Assembly (NCBI GenBank): GCA_013298895.1
Contig: JAAFJM010000005.1
Location: forward strand, 106,229 to 170,228
DNA from: Bacteroidota bacterium
Lineage (GTDB): Bacteria > Bacteroidota > Bacteroidia > UKL13-3
Reading direction: 5' to 3'
DNA length: 64,000 nucleotides
The position numbers and the translations under genes are program-made. This document shows, one piece after another, positions 49,701 to 58,215 of this stretch; position 1 is the stretch's first letter, and the number at the start of each line of letters is the position of its first letter. The notes beneath the pieces are model-generated. The model searched no databases and was not told where the DNA came from. It saw only the letters and a program-made list of their open reading frames with translations.

Positions 49701-50236
49701 AAGAAAGTGCCGAGGTAATTGGAAAATTATTGGAGCATTATTACGAAATAAATGCAGGCGTTGGTGTGCACAAATCGCCATCACTTTACGGTGCATTTCC
49801 TACCGATCCATACTCTCACACTCCGGCTAACAGAGGAGCGCAACAACCAGGCATGACAGGCCAGGTAAAAGAAGACATTCTTAGTAGATTTGGCGAATTG
49901 GGTGTTTTTGTTTCCAATGGTCGTTTGTATTTTAATCCATGTTTATTAAGAAAAAACGAGTTTACAACAGAAGACCGTTTGTTTAATTACGTTACCATAA
50001 ATAAGGAACATAAAACTTTTGCACCTGCCCTTGGCTCACTTTGTTTTACTATTTGCCAAGTTCCAGTCATTTACTGTTTATCAAATGAAAATCGTCTTGA
50101 AATTGAAAAGAAAGATGGTAATTTAAGTAAACATGATACCCTGTACCTTGATGCAGAAACAAGCACACAAATCTTTAATAGAACAGGTAAAGTAGCTAAA
50201 ATTACTGTATATGTCAAAGAATCAATATTGAAGTAA
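46781..50236 (+). CDS. Large cytoplasmic protein; candidate beta-1,3-glucan phosphorylase (GH149/GH161/GH94-clan-like)
   Basis: 1151 aa, no signal peptide. Embedded among GH16/GH17/GH30 genes. Size and context match the GH149-type phosphorylases described in flavobacterial laminarin loci. I cannot confirm catalytic motifs by eye. Confidence 0.4.
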   Translation: MTGQNQEKQESLVAIKRLKIEGENFFCISNNNEMRPFFMSIVSDSHHWMFISSNGGITAGRKSAEYALFPYYTVDKITESYDITGSKSIFQVIQNDEIHVWEPFSERNESEFHTARNLYKNAIGNKIIFEEINHTLGLTFRYEWNSSNMYGFVRKSTIENIGDKELKINLLDGIQNIMPDGVSSDLQNAASNLVDAYKRNELDAGSGMGIFALSAIIVDKAEPSEALKANVAWSLGLDNPKYLVSSLQLNAFRKGLGIVQEEDVKAEKGSYFINKEITLSPGNKKNWLIIADVNQSQADVVRLINEIKTNKEIRKLVEDDIELGSQRLIELNASSDGIQLSDDVYRDTRHFSNTLFNIMRGGIFDFNYQIEKWDLVKHFITANKTVYEKHHKLFDGLAETFTVFELEKLSSETDDNHFKRLCAEYMPLKFSRRHGDPSRPWNKFSINTRSAVDHSKVLDYEGNWRDIFQNWEALAISYPAFTKSMVHKFLNATTFEGYNPYRLTKSGFDWETVEHDNPWSYIGYWGDHQIIYLLKLLEINEKYFPGQLSSQFNQDLFVYANVPYKIKSYNEIVNNAKDTIEFEEALDAKIRKKRDLIGSDATLLEDQKGKIYSVNFIEKILATVLSKLSNFIPGGGIWMNTQRPEWNDANNALVGNGVSVVTLCYLRRFLVFFDKLIEQTADEDRVEVSNELIIFFKKLHTTFDEHAALLKNDINDAQRKEILDSLGQAGSDYREHIYKQSFWGEKRTISYRRLKAFAKVSLQFIEHTINANKRDDEMYHSYNLMSIRDNNEISISYLNEMLEGQVAVLSSGYLSPKDALKLLDSMKKSALFRPDQYSYLLYPNKILPKFLEKNNIPKEAIKQSKLINAMLADGDKSLVEQDIKGDYHFNGNFKNAADLSDAISKLENSKYGQFIQSEKKALLDTFELVFDHKSFTGRSGTFYGYEGLGSIYWHMVSKLQLAVQEVCLQAIEKEESAEVIGKLLEHYYEINAGVGVHKSPSLYGAFPTDPYSHTPANRGAQQPGMTGQVKEDILSRFGELGVFVSNGRLYFNPCLLRKNEFTTEDRLFNYVTINKEHKTFAPALGSLCFTICQVPVIYCLSNENRLEIEKKDGNLSKHDTLYLDAETSTQIFNRTGKVAKITVYVKESILK

Positions 50237-50238
50237 TC

Positions 50239-51522
50239 ATGCGAAAAGTTAGTATAACATATTATTTTTTAGTGCTTTTAACTGTTATGCTAACTTCGTG
50301 TGGCTCTCAAAACGCTACCAAAGAAAACTCAAAACAATTGGAGAAAACAAAAACGGCCGCTCAAATTTTAGGTGATTCTAACTACCAAGCAATATGCTAT
50401 GGAGGTTATCGCACAAATACGCGAGATTCACAGCCCTCTGTTTCTCAAATTAAAGAAGACGTGAAAATACTAAGTGCAATGGGCATAAAATTGCTCCGCA
50501 CTTATAATACAAAGTATGACGAGGTAAGAAGTTTGATGCAGGCAATAACTGAGTTGCGCTCAGAGAACCCAGATTTTGAAATGTATGTAATGCTTGGTGC
50601 TTGGATAGATTGCGAAAATGCTTGGACAGAGAAGACACCTAATCATAACAAAGAAAACATAAAAGCGAATACCGAGGAGATTGAAAGAGCTGTTGACCTA
50701 GCAAACAAATATCCTGAAATTATAAAAATAATTGCTGTGGGTAATGAAGCCATGGTAAAATGGGCAGCCAGCTATTATGTAGAACCACATATTATTTTAA
50801 AATGGATTACTTACTTACAAAACTTAAAAAAAGAAAATAGTTTACCTCAAGATTTATGGATTACCTCTTCCGATAACTTCGCTTCTTGGGGTGGTGGCGA
50901 CTCCTCTTACCATGTCAGTGATTTAAAGAAAATATATGAAGCAGTAGATTATGTTTCTATTCATACATATCCAATGCACGACACCCATTACAATCCTGTT
51001 TTTTGGGGATTAACTGCGCAGGAAGAAGCTTTAACGCCAGAAGAAAAAATAGACACTTTGATGTTGCGTTCCTTAAATTATGCAAAAAAGCAATACCTTG
51101 GCGTATCTAATTATATGAAATCTATTGGAATAGATAAACCCATTCATATTGGAGAAACTGGTTGGGCTTCAAGCTCTGATGGTTTGTATGGAAATAATGG
51201 TTCCAAAGCATGTGATGAATATAAATCTGGAAAATATTATAAATTGATGCGTGAATGGACCAATCAAGAAAAAATTACTTGTTTTTATTTTGAGGCCTTT
51301 GACGAGCAATGGAAAGATGCCAACAACCTAAAAGGTTCAGAAAATCATTTTGGATTATTTACCATTGAGGGTAAAGCCAAATATGCACTATGGGAAAAAG
51401 TAGATCAAGGTGTATTTAAGCACTTAAAAAGAGATGGCAATTCAATTGAAAAAACTTACAATGGTAAAGAAGAAGATTTGCTAAAGATGGTTGAATTACC
51501 TAAAATTAAAAATATTAAATAA
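50239..51522 (+). CDS. GH17-family beta-1,3-glucanase/transglycosylase lipoprotein
   Basis: Lipobox (MLTSCGS). IAVGNEAM is the acid/base region and IHIGETGWASS the nucleophile region (GH17 signature x-E-[ST]-G-W-[PA]-S). Confidence 0.7.
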   Translation: MRKVSITYYFLVLLTVMLTSCGSQNATKENSKQLEKTKTAAQILGDSNYQAICYGGYRTNTRDSQPSVSQIKEDVKILSAMGIKLLRTYNTKYDEVRSLMQAITELRSENPDFEMYVMLGAWIDCENAWTEKTPNHNKENIKANTEEIERAVDLANKYPEIIKIIAVGNEAMVKWAASYYVEPHIILKWITYLQNLKKENSLPQDLWITSSDNFASWGGGDSSYHVSDLKKIYEAVDYVSIHTYPMHDTHYNPVFWGLTAQEEALTPEEKIDTLMLRSLNYAKKQYLGVSNYMKSIGIDKPIHIGETGWASSSDGLYGNNGSKACDEYKSGKYYKLMREWTNQEKITCFYFEAFDEQWKDANNLKGSENHFGLFTIEGKAKYALWEKVDQGVFKHLKRDGNSIEKTYNGKEEDLLKMVELPKIKNIK

Positions 51523-53030
51523 TGAAGAACATGAAACAGCATTTATTTTCCGTAAAAACTTTTCTATTGGTGATGACTTGTGCTGTTTTTGTTCAATGTA
51601 ATAATATTAGAAAAATGACTATTGATGTATATGAAACCTCAGAAAACGGAAATTCACTTACGCTTATAAAAGATTTTAAACCCGCTGACGAATCTTTAAC
51701 ATTAAAGGTAAATCCAGCCGAGCAATTTCAAAAAATTACAGGATTTGGAGGGTCATTTACTGAGGCATCGGCCCATTTGTTAAATAAATTGAGCCTTGCC
51801 AACAGAAAAAAAATATTAGACGCTTATTTTAGTCAAGAAGGCGCAAATTATTCTCTAACCAGAACACATATTGCATCGTGCGACTTTTCGTTAAGCAACT
51901 ACACCTATGCCAAAGTTGAAAACGATTTGGAAATGAAACATTTTACAATTGAAGATGATAAAATGGATTTAATTCCGATGATTTTAGATGCCAAGAAAAC
52001 ATCAAAAGAAGGATTTAAAATTATAGCCTCTCCATGGACTTGCCCACCGTGGATGAAAGACAATAAAAAATTTGTTGGAGGGAAATTATTACCCGAGTTT
52101 AATGATGCTTTTGCTTTGTATTTTTCAAAATATTTATCGGCTTATAAAAAAGAAGGAATTGATATTTGGGGCGTAACAGTAATTAATGAGCCACATGGCA
52201 ACGGAAATAACTGGGAAAGCACCTTGTTTTCACCAAAAGAAATGACTGATTTTGTTCAAAACCATCTTGGGCCAAAATTAGAAAAAGACAATTGGGGTAA
52301 AGTAAACATTTTTGGTTACGACCAAAACCGAGCTGGCTTAAAGGAATGGGTTGATGAAATGTACAAAGATGAAAAATCATCAAAGTATTATGCTGGTGTT
52401 GCCATTCACTGGTACGAAAGCACGTATAATTATTTTCCAGATGCACTTCAATATGCGCACAAAAAAGCACCTAATAAATATTTAATAGAAACCGAAGGTT
52501 GTGTAGATTCAGAAGTTCCAAAGTGGCAGGATGATAAATGGTATTGGCAAAAAGAAGCCACCGATTGGGGTTGGGACTGGGCAAGCGAAAAGGACCGTCA
52601 TTTACACCCAAAATATGCACCTGTAAATAGGTATGCAACAGACATAATTGGCTGTTTGAATAATTATGTAGATGGTTGGGTAGATTGGAACATGGTTTTA
52701 AACAAACAAGGAGGGCCTAATTGGTTTAAAAATTGGTGTGTAGCTCCTGTAATTGTAGATGAAGAAAAGGACGAAGTGTATTTTACACCATTGTACTTTA
52801 TAATGGCACATTTTAGTAAATTTATGCGACCAGGAGCTGTTAAAATTGGCTGTGAAATAAATCACAAAGAAGTAATGACAACGGCTGTTCAAAACCCTGA
52901 TGGAAGCATTGTGATTGCATTATTTAACCCTACGGATAAAAAATACAATATTGCAATCAACATCAATAAGGAAATAAAAACAATTGCCATAGATTCAAAA
53001 GCATTACAAACAATAGTAATTAAAAATTAA
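51522..53030 (+). CDS. GH30-family beta-glucosidase/beta-1,6-glucanase
   Basis: Signal peptide. ITGFGGSFTEASA, VTVINEPHG (catalytic acid/base NEP) and the glucosylceramidase-like architecture. Confidence 0.75.
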   Translation: MKNMKQHLFSVKTFLLVMTCAVFVQCNNIRKMTIDVYETSENGNSLTLIKDFKPADESLTLKVNPAEQFQKITGFGGSFTEASAHLLNKLSLANRKKILDAYFSQEGANYSLTRTHIASCDFSLSNYTYAKVENDLEMKHFTIEDDKMDLIPMILDAKKTSKEGFKIIASPWTCPPWMKDNKKFVGGKLLPEFNDAFALYFSKYLSAYKKEGIDIWGVTVINEPHGNGNNWESTLFSPKEMTDFVQNHLGPKLEKDNWGKVNIFGYDQNRAGLKEWVDEMYKDEKSSKYYAGVAIHWYESTYNYFPDALQYAHKKAPNKYLIETEGCVDSEVPKWQDDKWYWQKEATDWGWDWASEKDRHLHPKYAPVNRYATDIIGCLNNYVDGWVDWNMVLNKQGGPNWFKNWCVAPVIVDEEKDEVYFTPLYFIMAHFSKFMRPGAVKIGCEINHKEVMTTAVQNPDGSIVIALFNPTDKKYNIAININKEIKTIAIDSKALQTIVIKN

Positions 53031-53041
53031 TAACATAGATT

Positions 53042-55396
53042 ATGTCCAATCAAATTTCATCACAAAAAGTGCCCATGGGGCAAAAAATCGCCTTCGGATT
53101 GGGAATGCTAGCCAACCAAATGTTCCCAGCTATGATTGGTATTTTTACCGTTGTATTGGTAGAAAAACTTGGATTTAGTGGATTGTTACTTGGATTAACC
53201 TATTTTATTCCTAAGTTTTATGATGCTTTATTTGATCTTATAATGGGATATGTAAGCGATAATACTAAATCTAAATGGGGTAGAAGAAGACAATATGTAT
53301 TGGCAGGTGCTATTATATTAGGGATTTCATTTTCATTAATGTGGCAATTGTATGCTGAAAATGGTGTTACTTACAATTTTTGGTACTTTTTAGTTGTGTC
53401 GCTAGTTTTTTATTCAGGGCTTACCATATTTAGTATTCCTTATGTAGCAATGGGATACGAAATGAGTGATGATTTTCATGAACGAACAAATATCATGGCT
53501 ACTTCCCAACTTATTGGTCAATTAGCTTGGGTTGTTGCTCCTTGGTTTTGGGTAATAATGGCTGATGAATCTTTGTTTCCATCAACCGATGTAGCAGTTA
53601 GAACTTTATCGGTGTATGTTGCAATTGGATGTAGCATTTTAGCAGCCATTCCAGCTTTCTTTATTCCAAGTAAATCAACATTGAACGAAAATTATAGCCC
53701 AATTGATTTTAAAGGAATACTTGGCAGTTTTGGAGAAATCAAAGAAGGATTAAAAGCTTCGGCAGAAATTAAACCATTCAGAAAAATTTGTATTGCAACC
53801 TTCTTAATTTTTAATGCTTTTCAAACCACAGCAGGTTTTTCTTATTTTATCATCAAATATTATTTGTTTAAGGGAAATGAAGACGGTTTTGGATTATGGC
53901 CAACATTATTTGGATGTGTGGGAGCTATGATTACTACAGTTATTGTAATACCTATTGTTGCTAGAATGTCTAAAATAATGGGAAAAAAGAAGGCATTTTT
54001 AGTTTCTCAAAGCATTTCAGTATTTGGTTATATTTTATTATGGATACTTTTTGTTCCGGGGAAACCTTATCTTTTTCTTTTTGCATTACCTTTTTTTGCA
54101 TTTGGTATTGGAAGTTTGTTTACCCTAATGATGTCTATGACTTCTGATGTAATAGATATTGACGAATTAAATACTGGAAAAAGAAGAGAAGGAAGTTTGG
54201 GGGCTATCTATTGGTGGATGGTAAAATTTGGAACTGCCGTAGCGGGATTATTAAGTGGTTTAATTCTAACTTTTGTTAGTTTTAAATCTAATGCACCTAC
54301 CCAAACAGATGAAACTATGTTTTGGTTAAGAATCTTCTTTGTTGGAATTCCAATATTAGGAACATTGGCTGCTATTTGGGCAATGAAAGATTATGATATT
54401 GATGAAGTAAAAGCATTAGAAGTAAGAGATCTTTTAGAAAAAAGGAAAAAACCTTCAGTAAATAAGCAATCATCCAGTTATCTTACTGGCAAATTACTTT
54501 CTTTATCCAATAATGGATCTTTAATCAATAAGTTGGTTGGAACAGATTTAAGTTCAAAAAGCGAAGAAGAAATAGAAACTCTATTTTCTAAGCAATTTAA
54601 TACTGGTTTAAATGGATTATGTTTTAGTCCTTATATTGAAGGGCAAAAAGTGGGCGATATTTTATCGGCCGAACAAATAAGAAGAAGATTAGAAATTATT
54701 GCACCGCATACAAAATGGATTAGAACTTTTTCATGCACAGAAGGAAATGAATTGATACCAGAAATTGCGCACCAAAAAAGCATTAAAACAGTTGTTGGAG
54801 CATGGATAAGCAATGATAGAGTGAGGAATGAAAAAGAAATAAATGAATTGATAAAACTTGCAAATGCTGGCTTGGTTGATATTGCAGCGGTAGGTAATGA
54901 AGTTTTGCATAGGGAAGAGATTTCAGAGGATGAATTAATTGAATACATTAAAAGAGTTAAAAACGCCATTCCAAATCATATTGAAGTAGGTTATGTTGAC
55001 GCCTATTATCAATTTATTGAAAGGCCTATACTTGTTGATGCTTGCGACTTGATTTTATGTAATTTCTATCCTTTCTGGGAAGGTGCTAACATTGATTATT
55101 CTGCATCTTATCTTTCAAATATGCTTGAGGTTACCAAAGCAGTAAGTAAGAATAAAAGAATAATTATTACAGAAACAGGATGGCCTAGTTTTGGAGAAAC
55201 AGTAGAAAATGCTGTACCATCAAAAATAAATGCGATGAAATATTTTGTTGTTTCGCAAGAATGGGCAAAAAGCAATAAAATAGAATTATTCCATTTTTCA
55301 TCATTCGATGAATCATGGAAAGTTATTCAAGAAGGTAAATTGGGAACATCTTGGGGATTATGGGATAAAAACGAAAAATTCAAGTTCAAAAAATAA
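53042..55396 (+). CDS. Fusion protein: N-terminal MFS/GPH-family sugar transporter (~460 aa) plus C-terminal GH17 domain (~300 aa)
   Basis: The N-terminal half has about 12 hydrophobic helices and a GPH-like DxxxGxRR region (DNTKSKWGRRRQ). The C-terminal half has AAVGNEVLH and IIITETGWPSFGE, a match to the GH17 signature, and is ~45% identical to the next gene. Confidence 0.7.
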   Translation: MSNQISSQKVPMGQKIAFGLGMLANQMFPAMIGIFTVVLVEKLGFSGLLLGLTYFIPKFYDALFDLIMGYVSDNTKSKWGRRRQYVLAGAIILGISFSLMWQLYAENGVTYNFWYFLVVSLVFYSGLTIFSIPYVAMGYEMSDDFHERTNIMATSQLIGQLAWVVAPWFWVIMADESLFPSTDVAVRTLSVYVAIGCSILAAIPAFFIPSKSTLNENYSPIDFKGILGSFGEIKEGLKASAEIKPFRKICIATFLIFNAFQTTAGFSYFIIKYYLFKGNEDGFGLWPTLFGCVGAMITTVIVIPIVARMSKIMGKKKAFLVSQSISVFGYILLWILFVPGKPYLFLFALPFFAFGIGSLFTLMMSMTSDVIDIDELNTGKRREGSLGAIYWWMVKFGTAVAGLLSGLILTFVSFKSNAPTQTDETMFWLRIFFVGIPILGTLAAIWAMKDYDIDEVKALEVRDLLEKRKKPSVNKQSSSYLTGKLLSLSNNGSLINKLVGTDLSSKSEEEIETLFSKQFNTGLNGLCFSPYIEGQKVGDILSAEQIRRRLEIIAPHTKWIRTFSCTEGNELIPEIAHQKSIKTVVGAWISNDRVRNEKEINELIKLANAGLVDIAAVGNEVLHREEISEDELIEYIKRVKNAIPNHIEVGYVDAYYQFIERPILVDACDLILCNFYPFWEGANIDYSASYLSNMLEVTKAVSKNKRIIITETGWPSFGETVENAVPSKINAMKYFVVSQEWAKSNKIELFHFSSFDESWKVIQEGKLGTSWGLWDKNEKFKFKK

Positions 55397-55407
55397 ATAT
55401 ACATATC

Positions 55408-56355
55408 ATGTCATATAGAGAAGGTCATTTATTTAATCAAAAGAATCAGGAAAACTATTCTAATTCACACACTGAAAAACATGCTAATTCATATCACGAA
55501 ACTATTCATGTTAATTATTCTGAACTTTCAAATGATGATTTAAAAAGTTTATGGCATAAAACACTTCTGGGTGGAATGCATGGTATTTGTTTTAGTATTT
55601 ATGAAGATGGACAAAAGCCAGGAGCAATCATTACAGAAGCCCAAGTAGAAAGGCGCATAAAAATATTACAACCTTATGCCAAATGGGTGCGCTCGTTCTC
55701 TTGTATTGAAGGAAACGAACACGTGCCAAGAATGGCAAAAAAGTACGGAATGAAAACCCTTGTGGGGGCATGGCTTGGAGATGATTTAGAATTGAACGAA
55801 AGAGAAATTGAAGGCTTAATTGCGATGGCAAATGAAGGCTTGGTTGATGTGGCTGCTGTGGGTAATGAAGTGATGTATAGAAAAGATTTAACAGAAGAAC
55901 AATTATTAGCATATATACAAAGAGTAAAAGAAGCTATACCTCATATTCCAGTTGGTTATGTTGATGCCTATTACGAATTTTCTCACCGACCAAGAATTAC
56001 AGAAATTTGCGATGTGATTTTAACAAACTGTTACCCCTATTGGGAAGGATGTCCTATTGAATATTCCTTTGAACATATGAAAAGCATGTTTGAGTCCGCC
56101 AAAAATGCTAGTCAAGGTAAACGTGTAATTGTTACAGAAACTGGTTGGCCAAGCGAAGGTGGAGCATTTAAAGCATCAGTTGCTAGTAATGAAAATGCAA
56201 TGCGTTATTTTATTGATTGCCAGAATTGGTGTAATATAAATGGTATTGAGAGTTTTTATTTTGCTTCATTTGATGAATCTTGGAAAACTGGTCCAGAAGG
56301 CGATGTTGGAGCGTATTGGGGACTTTGGGATAAACATGAACAATTGAAATTTTAA
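55408..56355 (+). CDS. GH17-family protein without signal peptide (cytoplasmic paralogue)
   Basis: AAVGNEVMYR, VIVTETGWPSEGG. No N-terminal signal sequence. Paralogous to the C-terminal domain of the preceding fusion. Confidence 0.7.
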   Translation: MSYREGHLFNQKNQENYSNSHTEKHANSYHETIHVNYSELSNDDLKSLWHKTLLGGMHGICFSIYEDGQKPGAIITEAQVERRIKILQPYAKWVRSFSCIEGNEHVPRMAKKYGMKTLVGAWLGDDLELNEREIEGLIAMANEGLVDVAAVGNEVMYRKDLTEEQLLAYIQRVKEAIPHIPVGYVDAYYEFSHRPRITEICDVILTNCYPYWEGCPIEYSFEHMKSMFESAKNASQGKRVIVTETGWPSEGGAFKASVASNENAMRYFIDCQNWCNINGIESFYFASFDESWKTGPEGDVGAYWGLWDKHEQLKF

Positions 56356-57302
56356 TGGCGGATTTTTTTAATCAATTTAATTTACCATTTGCCAAAGCCA
56401 TGTGTTATTCTGGCTTTCGAAATGGACAACAACCAGGTGGAATTGTGCCATCTTACGAAGAAATAAAAGAAGATTTACTGCTTTTAGCACCTCATTGTAA
56501 TTACTTGCGATTGTATGATTGTGATGAGCACGCGTTAACCGTAATCAAGGTTATTCTCGAAGAAAAATTAGACTTCAAATTAATGCTTGGGGCGTACATC
56601 GTAGCCGAATTGAATAACCACGGCTGCCCATGGGGTGGTGGTATTTATGAGGAAAGGCAATTGGAAGAAAATAGGAAAATGAACGACCAAAAAATTCAAA
56701 GCCTAATCGATTGGTCTAATCAGTATACTGAAATTATTTGTTGTGTATCACTTGGCAATGAAGCTTGTGTTGATTGGACGGATCATTTTGTACCTGTTGA
56801 CCGTGTAATAGAGTTTGCAAAAAGAGTGAAGAAAAGTATTGAACAACCAATTACCTTCTGCGAGAATTATGTTCCCTGGTTAAATTATCTCGCACCACTT
56901 GTAGAGGTAATAGATTTCATTTCAATACACACCTATCCAGTTTGGGAATACAAACACATAAACGAATCTGTTGATTATACCATTGCTAATTATCAAATGG
57001 TAGCCAATCAATATCCTCAAATTCCTGTGGTAATTACGGAAGCGGGCTGGGCTACCAATTCGCATGGCAGAGGAATTCATGTTGAACATGTAAATGAAGA
57101 GAATCAGAAAATTTACTATGAAGACTTAATGGATTGGTCTATTAAAAACAATGTATTGACCTTCTTTTTCGAAGCATTTGACGAACAATGGAAAGGGTCA
57201 CCAGATCCATTGGAACCTGAAAAGCATTGGGGAGTGTTTAAAGCTGACAGGACGCCTAAATTGGTTTTTGCAGAATCCGCTAAAGTGTTAAAATCAACAT
57301 AA
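56355..57302 (+). CDS. Divergent GH17-like protein without signal peptide
   Basis: SLGNEACVDW, VVITEAGWATNSHG. The start overlaps the upstream stop (ATGA-type overlap at 56355). Confidence 0.6.
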   Translation: MADFFNQFNLPFAKAMCYSGFRNGQQPGGIVPSYEEIKEDLLLLAPHCNYLRLYDCDEHALTVIKVILEEKLDFKLMLGAYIVAELNNHGCPWGGGIYEERQLEENRKMNDQKIQSLIDWSNQYTEIICCVSLGNEACVDWTDHFVPVDRVIEFAKRVKKSIEQPITFCENYVPWLNYLAPLVEVIDFISIHTYPVWEYKHINESVDYTIANYQMVANQYPQIPVVITEAGWATNSHGRGIHVEHVNEENQKIYYEDLMDWSIKNNVLTFFFEAFDEQWKGSPDPLEPEKHWGVFKADRTPKLVFAESAKVLKST

Positions 57303-57380
57303 GCCTCCATCACTTTTGGGTGATGGCACGCTATTTAAACAGATTAACTTGTATTGGTAAAACTAAATACTTCTTATATC

Positions 57381-58106
57381 TTAAAGTTCAAAAGAAAAGC
57401 CCTTTTCTTCTAGTACCTTGTATCTTTTTTCATCAAATTGAAATAGTTTGGCAGGACGGTGAGCAACATTTTCTTTAAACTCATTCAAAGGTTGTAAAAT
57501 ATTCATTTCAAGAATTTTTTTCCTGAAATTAGATTTGTCAAACTTATATCCTAGTAGGGCTTCGTATAACAATTGTAATTCCAGTAGTGTAAATTTAGTT
57601 GGCAACAATTCAAATCCTGTAGGCTTATGTCGAACCTCATGTTTTAATGTTTCGATGCCTTTTTGAAGAATAGTATAATGATCAAAAGCCAATTCAGGCA
57701 ACTCATTTATACTAAACCATTCTGCAGATTTTGCCCAAGAAGAAGCAATGGGATTATAGCTCAAACTATTTACTACTGAAAAATAGCCTACCGTAACCAC
57801 TCGATCCAATGGATGTCTATCTATACTTCCAAAAGCGAAAAACTGCTTCATGTAAATGTTTTTTAATCCAGTGAGCTTTTCCAACACGTTATTAGCAGCA
57901 TCACATAAGTTTTGTTCAGGCTCTACAAGATCTCCAATTAAGGCCCAATGATCTTTAAATGGCTCCAAACTTCTTTGCACCAGCAATACCTTTATCTCAC
58001 CTTCTTGGTAACCAAAAATCACACAATCAACAGATAAACCAAAAATAAAGTACTCCCTGATTGGAATATTATAGTCGGATATATAGTAAGCATTTGTTGA
58101 TTTCAT
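57381..58106 (-). CDS. NrtR/AraR-like Nudix-domain transcriptional regulator
   Basis: Nudix-like fold (GLSVDCVIFGY...VLLVQR...WALIGDLVE, degenerate Nudix box) followed by a C-terminal winged-helix (FTLLELQLLYEALLG), as in Bacteroides AraR/NrtR. I take the start at MKSTNAYY (58106) rather than the upstream ATG, which would add a hydrophobic extension. Confidence 0.5.
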   Translation of the reverse strand: MKSTNAYYISDYNIPIREYFIFGLSVDCVIFGYQEGEIKVLLVQRSLEPFKDHWALIGDLVEPEQNLCDAANNVLEKLTGLKNIYMKQFFAFGSIDRHPLDRVVTVGYFSVVNSLSYNPIASSWAKSAEWFSINELPELAFDHYTILQKGIETLKHEVRHKPTGFELLPTKFTLLELQLLYEALLGYKFDKSNFRKKILEMNILQPLNEFKENVAHRPAKLFQFDEKRYKVLEEKGFSFEL

Positions 58107-58215
58107 GTTGCAAAATAACAGAAGAATTGTAAGTAAAATAAATTTACTTATAGTATTTTTTACTTTAACTTTTTTTGCTTTACTTGCGTTTACAAATATA
58201 TTAATATAATTACAT

